A DNA stretch of 64,000 nucleotides from Macrostomum lignano (lineage: Eukaryota): assembly GCA_002269645.1 (NCBI GenBank), contig NIVC01000013.1, positions 1-64,000 on the forward strand. The letters run 5' to 3'. The notes beneath the pieces are model-generated. The model did not search any database. It saw only the letters and a list, made by a program, of their open reading frames with translations, and had not been told where the DNA came from. Shown piece after piece: positions 1 through 13,500 of this stretch (within the stretch, counting starts at the first letter, position 1; every line of letters begins with the position of its first letter). The position numbers and the translations under genes are program-made.

Positions 1-479
1 ACATAAACGAGTGAGCCTCAAAAATGTGCAACAATTTTGAGTGTTATCTCCTGATTCAACTAAGTTATAGTGGTCCTTGATCCCACTTTAAGATTGCAAG
101 TATACAGCTGTGTATGCACATTCTGGACTGCATGTGGATTTTTAATTCTTATGTATTGTTGTCTTAATTATTTTTGTAACTGTTTGAGTCAATATAACTA
201 GTAGTTGTTATACAAACACTGGAAGTTTAGAGTAGGAGTCTATTTATTTATCCAAAAATGTCTATAGCACTATTATAGCTGACAAGGAGGGATTCATGCT
301 TTACTAAGTAGTATGCTACTAAATCATGGATTTTCATGTTTTAAAAGGCCATGTCCCAATTCAGTAATGGACTCTACCTTTATAGTTTACCTGCATCATT
401 TGATTGATTCATTGAATTTTTCACTATAACCACTTTGCAGTGCAATGACTGAGCCAGTTACATGTAGCAACAGTCTGAT

Positions 480-2980
480 GCTTGCCACCCTGGAGGCATC
501 TATCAAGGCTAAGTTACCCAGCTCCGAGGTGCAGAAAGCCTAGGCTGACAGTCTTTGTCTGTCTGCTGACACTGAAGCAGATGTGCGACAAAAGTGAAAG
601 CAAAGGCACTGGATCTGGAAATTTTGAAGGTGCGCAAGAAAGCTGCTAGCAAGCAGAGTGCCTGGGCCATCTATATGGACAAAGTGTTTGCCTTTCCTGC
701 AGTGGTACTAGTCCCAGCTGCAAATGTGCCACAGCTGGCTCCTAGCATGCCAACCCAAACTTCTTCTGCTACTGCTGCTGCTTGGTCCCCTGAAGAGGAG
801 TGGGGCACCAATACAGGCCTTTGAGAAGCTGTATGCTATCTTTTGGCCTAGCTGGAACGGTCAGAGGTGACTATACAAAAGCTGCACAATAAGCTGGCCA
901 AGTGTCCACAGCAAAAAGTGTGGTTGCAGTATGTCCGGCATCTGAAAGATTGGCTGCATGTAGTTTGACAGCAATTGAGCAGCAAAAGCCGGCAACTGGT
1001 AGAGATGAGTGAGGCCAAGCTAGCCAAGAAACGTCACCAGGCTGCTTGAGCGGAAGCTGCTGCTAAGCGTAGAAATGCCTTGGTGCATGCCGAGCTGCGC
1101 GAGATGCACGAAATGCTGGCTACTTTGAAAAGTCGCATAAGTTGCATGAGTAAGATTGTTGTTGACTTGTCACTATGGTGCATTGGATATGGTGCAAGGG
1201 TTGGGTGTCAGATTGGGAATGACCGAGATTGGGAAGGATTGTTCTTCAAACATACAGTACTCTAAACACCAAACAGATCCAACAGCTCTAGGTCATATTC
1301 CAAGCTGGCCAGATGTATGTACTGCAGACGCAGGAGCTAAGAGCTGCTGGTAGAAAGCAGTATACCAACCATGTCCTTGCCACCTGCACAAATCTGGTGC
1401 TAAAGTGCCACATCCCTGTTTGAGCCATCCGCGACACTATTGTCACTGTCGCCAAGCAGCTCTGTAGAGTTGCAGATCAGCGAAAAGCTGCCCTCGCTTA
1501 TCAGCTTGGTCACATACGGTGTTGGCAGCAGCCTTGCCAAGGCGAAGGCCATGGAGAGCATCCTGCTTGCATCAGAGACAAACAACCTTTGACACTGATG
1601 ACTGATGCTACAAGCAAATGGGGCAACCATTAGAGTGTTCTGCAGGTAGAAAAGAGAAGACACGGGGTGATCACCTGCCAGGTGGTGCGCTGCACAATCT
1701 GCCAGACAACAATTCCCATTTGGCTGCTGCTGCTCCCAAGGACAATGTGGCATGTGAGGTATCTTTTGCAGTACTGGACAGTACTGTAAGGTTGAAGCCC
1801 AACATGTGGCCCCTAGCTCACAAGACGTTCATGCTTTTTAACCAGAATGGAACAAGCAAGTGGCTTTGCCAGAAGTCACTGGAAGAGCAGGACCCAATGC
1901 TATTGTGAGCACGTCATATCACAAAGAAGGTGGAGATGCAGGCCAAGGTGGATCCCAGGGCTGTTTGAGCTGCATAGCAGCAGGCTTGAATTGCTCAGAA
2001 TCAGTGCAGAAAGATTGCCAGGGAGAGTTTGCTCCGCGACCTGATCAATGTGGTGCAGGACTACGGTGGCCTATGGCTCACAGTTGCTGAGATGCAGAAC
2101 AGGCTTTTGGCCCTGTCTGAGCGGCTGCATGAGCCAGCTGTGCTCTCCCAACTGCAACTGCACAAGGCAATAGGTAATATATACAGTATTCATTACTGCC
2201 TGTGCTCATGCATATCCCACTTTTAGGATTAATTGTCATCACTGAATATGCATTCCCTACTAACACCCTTCTTAAACAGAGCCAACAATCCCCAATGACA
2301 TGGCAGGCTGCCTTAACCTTATAGATTCTGGCACGAAAAGGTCAGTGCAACTCCTCACTGACAACCTGCAAGAATTCCTGGCCTATCTGCAGGGGGAAAA
2401 ATTGCCATAGCCAAGGAGGATGACTCGCAGGTTGTGTCGGTACAATCTGCCAACAAGCATGCTGACCGTGTTAAGGTAGCCATTGCAAAGAAGCTGGAGC
2501 CTGCACAAACAGCCTTATCTATAGCTGCCAGATTGCATAGGCATGGGATGAGGCATGGTTGTGGCCAAGGCAGCGCAGGCAATAGAGCTTAGGCTCAGGG
2601 CACTAGCAAAGGCAGACATGGAGAAGGACAGGGAACTACTAGGCGAGGACATGGGCTTAGGCGTGGGCGTGCATGCGGGTATCCATGCAAGTACCAAGCG
2701 CCCTCATAACTTGACTTCCAAGTCCGAGCAGGAGTTTGATGCCAAGCCCAAGGCCCAACCCAGACAGGCACCATCGCTTTAGAACTTATCAGTCTTTGAG
2801 TGTTGACACATTGAAATGCAATTTGGCTATGCTGATGGTTCTGAGCAATGGAAGGAAGGCTACGTTCAGTGTCAACTGCCATGCGCCAGCCATGATGTAT
2901 TCTCATAGAACTTTGAGGTCACCTTCGATGAGACTGGCCCAAATGAAGTTTTTACCTACAACCTTTACAAAGACTACTTA
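480..2980 (+). pseudogene. Degenerate transposase-like coding remnant with many stops and frameshifts
   Basis: Manual translation gives GRKQYTNHVLATCTNLVLKCHIPV (~1350-1430) and LTLMTDATSKWGNH (~1590-1630), the latter resembling the first-Asp strand of a DDE transposase. A copy of the 6528-9342 TIR core (CTCACTGGACACCC) lies downstream at 4960-4973. Superfamily not assigned. Confidence 0.4.
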
Positions 2981-4105
2981 GACAATGACCTTCTGTGCTA
3001 GACAATGAAGACAATTAGTGACATACTTTTCCTTAGGCTTAAATTTTACTAGACATGGATACAGAAAATTTTGAATGGGGATATAGAGCACTAAGGTTAC
3101 ATGTATATGTAAGTATGGTATATGTACATAATAATGTACTACCGATAGAGAAAGTGATAAAAGCAAAATTGTTGAATGGCATGCCCTTTGCACCATACCC
3201 TAAATCCAATACTGAATTTAATTTTTTTAAGTCTAAGATGTACTATACTGTCTGTACAATGTATATACATGTAGGTTGCCCTACCAATAACAGTTTTTAA
3301 ACTTCCTTCATTATTAATAAGTTATACAGTTTTTAAAGTAATATCAGAAAGGTCAATTAGCATTGACCAGTTGACTAGACATATGCCAAAGATTGCTTGT
3401 TGGGATAGCTCTGCTAGGGTCCATTTTCAGCAGCAAACCTTCCAGTGGAAGCCTTTTTTACTTCTATCCTTTCATGTATAGAAATATACACATTTACCAA
3501 TAAAAGAAGCTATCTAAAACAATATATTAACATAATGTAGTCATTAAATTTTACCTCAACAAACATCATACCATAGGCGCAGGACCTTCAGTAGATATTA
3601 ATAGGTGCATCTCTTTTCACATACCCATTTCCCATATTTTTTCTATGTATTTTCATTTAACCATGCCCTAAATTTACTGGATATAGCAATTATACGAATT
3701 GGTGAGATGTGCATAAAGGATTAAGTGTATCCTGAGTCCAGCTATCTTCTTTTGAAAAGAAATTGCAAGTGTGACTGATTTGTGGAACATACAGCCCTTC
3801 ATGTATATTTTTCCTATCTCTATAGTGTATTTGCTTGTACAGCTTTGCCAAATATGCCAAATAACTTCAGTCAGCAAAAGTTATCAGGATGTGCCTTTAG
3901 GACAAAGAGTTTGGCCTGTTTTGCTATCATTTTATCAAAGAAACTAATTGGCCTTTCTTTCAAGCTTAGAAAATTTCCTAATTTTTGTCTCTTATGGAGA
4001 TGGCAATCTTTTACTTTACTGCATTAAACTATTTGCCCACTTTCAAAACTTTTCAGCCTACCTGCTGACTACCCATATGGCTAGGAGGCCTAGAGCACCA
4101 ACTAC

Positions 4106-4318
4106 AATCACCAACTCCATTTTGTAGACCCCCACAACCCGACTGTCCATACAAACATCATTGAGAGGTCATGGGCACATGTCAAGGCCAAATTCAGGGC
4201 GATGCACGGCACCAGCAATGCCCTGTTTGAGACCCACCTCAATGAGTACCTGAGGCGCCGCCACTTGCCAAAGAAAGCATTTGGCAATGTTTTATATTGG
4301 ATTGTGCATTATTATTGA
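4106..4318 (+). mobile_element. Merlin/IS1595 (ISXO2-like) transposase C-terminal fragment
   Basis: In-frame NHQLHFVDPHNPTVHTNIIERSWAHVKAKFRAMHGTSNALFETHLNEYLRRR matches the known Merlin motif NH..FVDP..G.HT..IE..W..K....HG......L.E. The upstream part is frameshifted or missing. Confidence 0.75.
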
Positions 4319-6527
4319 CATTTTGGACTGCCTTCTAACTACTGTAGACTGTTGAAATATGTAACTTTTCATTTCTACCTAAAAATAATTTAACGTACTC
4401 ATAGTAAACTAGGAGATTGCCATTATGATTTGCATGCATTTAGAAAATTTCTATTAAGCATATTGCGGCAAGAGTTACACTCATCTTGTCTTGTTTAAAC
4501 ATTTCATTTTGTCACTAGAAGTAAGTAGCAAAAAGAATTAGGGTGGCCCCTCTTTCCATTCAAAAGTTATAGCCATTTTAAATTTTAAATGTATATGTAC
4601 ATATTTTTGAACAAAAAAATCACTTAAAATGACATGCAGGAAGTTACCTACACTCAGTGTGCAAATATTCTTAGCAATTATGTATTCATTTACTAAAAAA
4701 CTAATCCTCCTAATCTCATATTTTCAAACAAATTCAGCACAGTTTTGAAAATGTATGAAAATGTATACAATGTTTGATAGTCTTTATCTTTGTAATTGTA
4801 TGTACTAAACATATGTCATTTATATTTCATTTGAAAGATCTGTTTGCCTTCTTTTTATTATCTCATTATCTTATCTTATATATTGAAAAAGTTATAGGCC
4901 TAGCCATTTAAAGAAAACCACTTTTTACCTTTTTTGTTTTTGCACACGCTAAAAATGGGCTCACTGGACACCCCAAGTCTTTTATAAATTAAAAATATTT
5001 TAATTTATATATACAAATTATGAATTCAAATTTATTTAAAATGGCTAAAATGGCACAACCTGGCATCGTGACATCCTTATATTTCCACCAGTGAACGATC
5101 CAAGCCTGGCGCCACTAAAGGCTGCGTCGGGCAAGAGCAAGAGAACCCGAAGCACTGCCAGGGGCCAAGGGTGAGTAAATAAGTTAGACTCCCATATTTT
5201 GAAATTTCACATTTTTTCTCTAAAAAATGCTCCTATTTTGCAACTACTGCGCCAATTGAGTTGAATGAGATGTCGATCGATAGAAAACTTTTAGATCTAT
5301 TGAATGAATATACTCTCAAGTGCAAAGATTCTTTAAATAAGCCATAAATTAACTGAAAAGATGATTTTTTCAAAAGTGCTTCTGGGAGATCTCAAAATTC
5401 TGGTACACCTTACGAGATATGGCTTTGACATCTGAGGATCAAAGTTGTAAAACTAAATTTCCTACAAAATGGTATATGGCGCTTTAATTTATTTTGACAT
5501 CTTTATTCAGTTTTGGTGGGTTTTTTGGGTAAAAAAATGACCCTCATTTTAATATTTTTCCACTTTTTCCTACAAAGCTTTTTAAGTTTTGGCTTCAAAG
5601 CAGTGCAGTTAGATGCGCAATGCAAAAATCTACAAGTGTCTAAAGTTTTGTTTTATTACGATTTTGCAGTGCTAAGAAAATCGACAAAGATTGATTTTGA
5701 AAAAAATCACATGACTTTTATATTATTGCTCATTATAATTTTGAGAACATGGTGCAAATAATCCAACTTCGAATTTCTATAGCATAGTTTATATACTATA
5801 TTGGTTTGAATTGCCGCCATCTGATTTTGCTGCTTTTGGGTTGAAAAATCAATCAGAAATTGATAATTTGTGATTTTTGGCTGATTGGGTGCCAGAAAAA
5901 TAGGTGATTGAATTGTTAAAAGAATGGTAGATCAAATGCGGATACTGCAACAAATTGTACTAATGTCTGGCTAAAATTTACCAAGTTTTTGAGTGTCTGC
6001 AACAAGTGCTCAATGTATCAAAAGTGATTGGAAATCAATTAGAATAGTGATTTTTTAATATTTGGCTTGAAATCAAACAAAATAAAGCAATAAGATGTCA
6101 TTATTTTTATGACGGCTGATTTCCCACAAAAAGAGGCATATTTGTGTGCAATTTCTAGAGATTAAGTTAATTGAGTAAAAAATTATCAATAAAAAACTGA
6201 AAACTTGACTTTTTTCTTTTATGTTAGTTTTGGGGCTATTTAAGCTGGAAATGGTAGGAATTTTGCACTGAAACCAATGCACAGTGTTTCATATAGTTAA
6301 TTTAACAAACTTCTTGAATTTTATAAGCATTCGATGTTTTTTTCATATAAAAAATCATTTTTTTGCATCGAAATTCATCAGATTAAGCTGCATACCACTT
6401 TGCATAATCTGCATTTGCAATTTGCATGCGATTGCTTGCATGGCTTTGGCGTTGGGCTGAGTTAAGCTGGTTAGAAAGGAAAGGAAAAGGAAGGAATTAA
6501 TCTTATATATAATGTACACACTGTTGC

Positions 6528-9342
6528 TAGGGTGTCCAGTGAGAATTTTTTTTCTGAAATTTTTTTGGTTTTGACTTATGTAACTTATAGACCTGGATGT
6601 TATGAGTAAAATGACACTTCACTTTTTTAATTTGGTCAAGTAATAAAAAAGTTATGAGTATTTTTGTTTTAAAAAGAATGCGTTTTTCCCTATTCTTAAT
6701 ACATTAGAAAGTGAAGCCAATTCCACGTCATTTTTACTTTTTTCTTTAATTAAGTGTAAATAACTTTTTTGTTAGTTAAGCTACTTCTTTGACTTTGGTG
6801 TCAATTTTTAGGTAATTTAACTGTGCAATATAATTTGTAACTAAAAAAGTTCTCCTGCTTAGGAGTTTTTTGCTGCAGGATGTTCTGTTAATAAAAAAAT
6901 GTTTTTTTTTATGCTGCCAGAGTCATACTTTTTTACTTTAAAGTCCCCTTAAAATACTTGTACTATACTTAGACAGACTTTCTTGGTGTCAAACTTTAGA
7001 TTTCTTTTAGTTCTTTTAGGAAACATAAAAATTGTGCAGTTTAAGTATAGCTGTAGGTGAGGAGAATTTTTTAAGGAAAAATTGTGAATAAGGGTTCAGG
7101 AAGGCAAACTGGGTGATAGTGTCTAGTAGACAGTTTTAAGTTAGAATGTCAGGGTTTTTACTTTTTTTAACAAATACAACTGGATGTTATGAGTAAAATG
7201 ACATATTACTTTTAAAGATATGTTGAATAATAAAAAAGTTATAAGAATTTTTAAAAAAAATTCATTGCACTGCTTCTTTCTCTGTATTGTTGTAAATGGG
7301 TAATGACATGTATATGGTATAAAAAATGTTTCATAACTTCACAAGTTTCTGTTTCCATATTTTCTGGCTTGTCCTTAATATATAAATATGACTAATATTA
7401 TGAGTATCTGGCTTTACTGTGAGTTTATGTCATTTATCATGTCAAAATATACTATTTCACTTTCAGATGCTATTATGTCATAATATAAATTGTAATTGTA
7501 AATTATGTCAGAACAATATTCTCATACTCAATTTTATCGCTCCATTTTTAACCCTCACTCCAGTGCTTCTGCTAGCATTTAAATTGAATACTACATAATA
7601 TTTCATAAGAATTTATTTCTATGTCCAACTCAACGACACCCAAGACTGGTGCAGCCAGTAGCGCTGGGCCTGGCACCCCTATTGCTCGATCAAGGGGTCG
7701 ACCCAGATTGCAGGTCACCAATGCCATGGCAATCGCTACTGTAGAGCAGCAGCAGCAGGGTGTTAGTTTCACTGAAAAATGGACTGCTTTGGCTGACTGT
7801 CTTGAGCAACAAGACATGAGCCTAGCTGAGTTAAAGACCTTGCAGGGAGCCTTCAGTCGCATGTACGCAAAGGCAGAAGCCCTGAAGAAGAGCACGCATG
7901 GTGCTGGTAGAGATGAAGGCAGAGCTGCCTACCAGCAGTTCTTGGAGAGTAAATTTGTACCTCCTGCCACGCGTGGCCGTGAGGCTGCAGATGCAGCTAC
8001 CACTAGGCCTGCGGATGCACCTGCCACGCCTGCTGGCGCACCTGCCACGCCTGGTCGCATCCAGGCAGCTGCCAGTGCCCTGTCACCAGAAGAGCAGCGC
8101 GGTCAGGAGGATGGGCTTCGTGCAGCACTGCGTGAGGTAAGCCTTCTAGAGTGAGGAGTGAGGCTGTATCTCGCATTGTCTATTGAAATGAGTTTAAACT
8201 TTGAACAGGTACCCTTCGACTTGTCAGGTAGTAAGATAGTTTTTTTTTTTTTTACTGTTGCAAAAAGAAAGCCTTAATTATGTCTTGTCCTGACACAACT
8301 TTCCGGGTAACGCAAGGGACTGAAATCTGGAACTTTATTTTATTCCCCTTTCACACAGGCACAATATCGTCTGACTCTATCCGAGGCAAGGGTCAGGCGG
8401 CTTATATTTTGCCTCTCAAGACGGCCATCGATGAAGGTATGGCAGGAGCGCGTCAGACGCCTCCAGCGGCGGATCCGAGACGCCCGCCGACAATATCGGT
8501 ACCAGGCCAGGATGCTGCTGGATGTGCGTGCGAATCTATTGCTGGAGAAGCGCCAGTCGGCCAGGTGCAGGGCGCAAAGCCATTCCAGATGGAGGACTTC
8601 CGCGGCAACCGGGCATACGTCATCTTCCCGAATGGAGGTCACGTTTTCCGCCAGCGGGAGCTCCTGCTGACTTTCCTGACGGAGTACCCGTGCAGCAACC
8701 GCCTGCTGCTAGCCGTGCAAGCAGATCTCGCCTCGAATGTCCTGCTGAGTGGCTGTCGAGCGCTTGGTGTCATCGACATGCTAGTGATTCGGCCATTGTG
8801 GATGCTGAACCGGCAGTCAACAGTCCGAATTCTGGACATGAACCAGCGCTACGAGCAACTCTGCGACTGGCTGGAGGAGCTGGCCACTGCAGACGGCTTC
8901 CGCTTTTCGGGCGACCAGAGAACTGACATTCACCAATTTTCATGTACATGACATGCTTGTACATGAAAAAATTTTTTCTTCAAAAAATAGCTCCTAAGGT
9001 ACTCATACATGTTTACTAAGCTCTAGTGTTGAAAAAATCATGAAAAACAGTTCAGTTTTTATGTAGGACCAATTCTACAAAACCCACTTTCTTTTTTGGA
9101 TTTTGCCTCAATTTTAAATTTCTGTAAAAATGGCACAACTTTGCCATGCTGTAACTTTTTTTGTATAAAATGAAATCGCTTGATTCTTTTTTTATGTTGT
9201 AGATATAAGTCTTAACTTTCTAAAAAGTATAAACTCATTGCTGTAGCTTACATACTTACCGATTTACAGACATTTGAAATTAGGTCATTTTCATATTTTT
9301 TCAAAAATCATACATTGAAAAAATAGCTCACTGGACACCCTA
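6528..9342 (+). mobile_element. TIR DNA transposon, internally deleted derivative
   Basis: Perfect 16-bp inverted termini TAGGGTGTCCAGTGAG (6528-6543) and CTCACTGGACACCCTA (9327-9342). This reads either as GGG termini with a TA duplication or as TAG termini. The interior is AT-rich flanks around a GC-rich coding core. Confidence 0.75.
7621..8670 (+). CDS. Transposon-borne spliced ORF (exons 7621-8136 and 8359-8670): AT-hook-like motif plus Arg-rich coiled coil
   Basis: Donor GAG|GTAAGC at 8137 and acceptor CACACAG| at 8358 join in phase 0 into the 8431-8670 frame. RGRP motif near the N-terminus. A shifted frame from ~8570 encodes a transposase-core-like fragment (FRGNRAYVIFPNGG...GCRALGVID). 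Confidence 0.5.
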
Positions 9343-10594
9343 CGCTTCCAAGTGGGATTGTGGCAACATGAGAGGGCTTGGCAGCTTGGTTGGGAGGGCA
9401 TATAATAGCGCTTCATTTGCTTCGCACACAGACCAAGGAAAATTAGATCAATAAATAGGCATCACATGATTATAATTTTGTATTAAATTTAGCTTTTTAA
9501 CTGAACATTTGAATTGCAAGACATTTAAGACAATATGATAAGATTCAGGATAAGATGCTTCTAATATTTAGACTTCTTAAGATATGTTCTTAGCAGTCTT
9601 TATATGCTTCTGTATGGCACTGCCGGATCCCTAGCTGTTAGAAAATGGGTTCCAGTGCCGGAACTCTAGCCATTACCATGACAAAATGGCAGATGACGAA
9701 ATGACTAGGAACCTGAAGACCTACGTCTAAAAAGAAGCCCGTTCACTAGTGGCAAAAAGACGTGTGCATCTTCATACTACTTGTAATATAATTAGCCTAT
9801 AATAAAACAATAAGCTATGCTATTTTTATATTATACTTACTTTTTGAATAATAACAATTATAGTTCATAACACTATGTTATATGATATAGGCTTATTAAC
9901 TATATATTAAACATATTTATAAACATAAAAAACTATGTATTATCATCAAGTAGCAACATCTTACCTTGGATTATGTCAAAATCTATTTCTGAAGACATTA
10001 TAAATATTATTTGTTTGCCAATGGCAATTGTCTATGACTATATAATATAATGCCTAAGTATCTCTAAAGTAGTATAGGCCCTAAATAGAGCCTATATGGA
10101 TTAAATGTTAAGAGGAAAGTGCTTCACTAAATTCAAATAAATTCAGGATACTAAAATAGGTAAGGTAGGTAGTACAGGCAGCAGTACAGTTCAGTAGGCT
10201 TAACTCAATCTGATCTGCACTTAGGGCCTAAACGTCTGATGCAATAATTTCCAACGGAATTTAGGTAGTTTCTGCTAGCTTAGGAATAACAAAAGTAGAA
10301 AAATATTTTGGTAAAAAAGAAGTAAATTCTTTAATAAATAAAAGTAAAACTTAAAAAATTCAATTTAATTGTTTTTTCCTCTTATTTATTTTATAGTCAC
10401 AACATTTAAATTTTTTTTTGAAAAGCATCGTTTGCAGCGCCCGCGGAGCAAGGACGCTACTAAGCTACTTAACACTCGCTTTCTTTCCCCGGAACGTTTA
10501 ATTGTACATTACTTATATAAGTTCGAGTTCAGTAATTGTAAGGAAAGTTACAAATCACCATTATCTACGTCAATTGCCTATTTTCTGTTTGAAA

Positions 10595-13500
10595 ATGTCA
10601 AATGCAAAGCAAGCAAAACTAGATCCGAATTCTGGTGATGGTGATGGCATAACAGAACAAGGTAGGCCAACAACTTGTATACATTCTTATGCTATACTAT
10701 GCTGTGAATGCGTCTTTGGACTAATCTAAGTCATTAATTTCAATTTGTGCAAAACAACAAAATATGTGGCTTACATTTATCATATGTCAGTAAGGATAAG
10801 GATTACAGTTTCAATGACAAGACTAGAGATCATTTCTATAAGTTTATTTTGGAGAATCTAACATTGGTGAAATTTGAGAAATCTCATTAGGGAAATCTAA
10901 CATTAGAAAGTTTTTTAGTATATGGTTTACAAACAAAAGTTTTAATAGCTAATTGTAATAAACATTCAAATTTCAAATATTAGGAGTACTTGACAATTTA
11001 TGTCCTGCTATGCATATGGAAACTGCATTTTAATCAAAGACATCACTAGCAGCTAGGGTCAAGCCATAGTCTGGATCATGCTGGGTGCACGCCTAAACAA
11101 AAATTGATAGTTATAAATGCATGCCAAACAATAAATGCATACCTATTCTTAAAACTCCACCAATAATATGACTATAAATGACTTTTTTACATTGTGACAA
11201 TAAATAGCCTTTTTTCATTGCACAGGCCTAATAGACCCTCTTTGACAGATAATTTGGTTTTTTTTCTGCTTTTTTGGTGATACTATATTTATAGTAGAAA
11301 ATTAATATATGCAAAGATATGTTTAAATGCTTTAATCCAAGCTTAAAGACCCAAAAAGCAGAAAATTTACTTTTAAAATGAACTTTTTTCACATTTTTTC
11401 TTCTTCATAATAACTCCTCTGCATGATTCTATAAAGTGCATGCTAGGCCATACTTAGGAAGGTGTACATTATGGCGGAAAATTCCGGCGCATATCAACAA
11501 AAAATATGCGCAATGTGGCGCATACGGCATATAACAAAGGCTTAGCAGAAGTTTTTAGCACACAGTGGCACACAGCAAAACCTGATTAGAAAAATTTAGC
11601 TCACATTAAATCACCTAAATGTATAATCTGCATATGCAGTGCATAAATTATGCTTTAAGATTACGTTTTTACGAAACTCTGAAGCTGTGGGGGTTTTGAT
11701 TTGGTCGTTCTAGCCGTTCAAATCGGTGCACTTTGTTGTTTCCAACAAAACTTAACAAAGATTTCGGCTTGCAGATGGCAGGGAGCTCTGCTGCTAAGAT
11801 CCTCAGGCTCAGGGGGGGGGGTAGCTGTGGTTATGGCTGAGCAGTCTAGTTTGCCGACGTTTAGAATGCCAAATGCAGAGATTTATAGCTGAATAGAAGG
11901 CTCTTTAAAATAAGCTAATTCGTCGAGAGTGATTACTAAAAGTAGTAGGTCGCTACCTCCACCGCGATTGTATGTGGGAAAGCTCTAAAGCTTGAAACTG
12001 GCTTGAGTTTGCTCTAGCGCTTCTCAGAAGACCTCTAAGGTCTAAACACCGTTTCACACACAATAAAGTCAGGCTGAGAATAAATAATGGCCAAAGCTGG
12101 ATAACTAGATTATTATTAAAACTTAGGTTGCACACACTATAAGCAATGATTAAAACTTAGATGTTGCTGTCAAACTGTTAAATTGAAAAGGCGAGGAGCT
12201 GGTCGGGTCGGGAGGTTGGGCTTACAAAATACAGGGCCTCTCATAATGGTCTAAGTAGGGTCTACTGGAATCCTCAGGAGTTCGGGCAAAGGCCACGAAA
12301 GTCTGGCTGGGAAAGGCAGGGCGCAGACTCAAATTAGGCTCTCAGGAACCACTAGGAGAAAGCGGGTTACCCCGGGTGAGAAGAGAGTTACATGCAAAGG
12401 AAAAGATTGGGTACACTGGGTGGTCCCTATTGCAGCGCATGGCTTAAGTACGCCAGACGCCTACACAACCTGCGCCACGCTGTGAAATGACTTACCTGTG
12501 CAAGAAACCCTAAAGCAAAATTAACACAGTTTTGGGTAAACGGCAGGAGTAACTATGAATGTCTTATCAAGCCTAAATGCCTTGGCATCTAATTAGTACT
12601 ACGCCCGTATTCTATGGGGTGGCATTTTTGCAACTTACCCCTGGTCCACCACCAATGCTGCGCCGCGCAGGCTGATCCGCGCCGGACGCCGTCCGCCAAA
12701 ATGCCCATGCGCTGCAATCAGGCGGGTGGTGATGAAAATAGCACCAGGTGGACCCCAGGGAAAGGCATGGAAAAACAAAATTTTGCCAGGGGGTAGGATT
12801 CGAGTTAGGACTCAAGTTACATTGAGTGTCACAGATTTACACACTGGGAATGATGGTTCATTGAGTCATCCAGCCAGTGGATTACGCGCAGTGGGAGGCT
12901 GTTCCTCCCAAAATTGTTTGTTGGTAAGTGTAACAGGTAGGATTTTGTATCCATCCTGCCTGCACCTTCTGCTCACATCGGATAACAAAGAATTGAACTC
13001 GAAGCATGGTTTTCTGGGCCCAGGCTGCTGCGGCCTACAGCCCAGCCAAGGCAATGGCCATGCCTTTAGGCCCGCAGATGCGGGCAAGAGGAAAGTGAAG
13101 CGAGCGCCTCCACTGTCTCTCCTTTTATTTAAAACACTGCAGAACAGGCACGTGGGAACGTAAACTCTTATAGGCTACATAGAACAAAATGTGAATTACG
13201 CGGCAAGTTTTAGGTGCAGCCGTCCTTTGCAAATATGACTGCATTCTATGCAGCTCATAGTAAGTAAAATGAATAATAAAATTCAAAATTGGATTTTAAT
13301 GTAAAGTTAGAGCTATTTCTTTTAAAAATTCTCTATGTAAGCTAAAATAAAGCAAAAGGTTGAGTTGGAAAAAAGCCTACATAATGTATGAATATTTATC
13401 CATTTTTTAGTTTTGTTTTACTTGGACTTTTACCAAGCTTTTAGTGCTACGGCATATTAGTACTCTAGCTATGTATTTGTCAATAAACAAATGTAGACCT

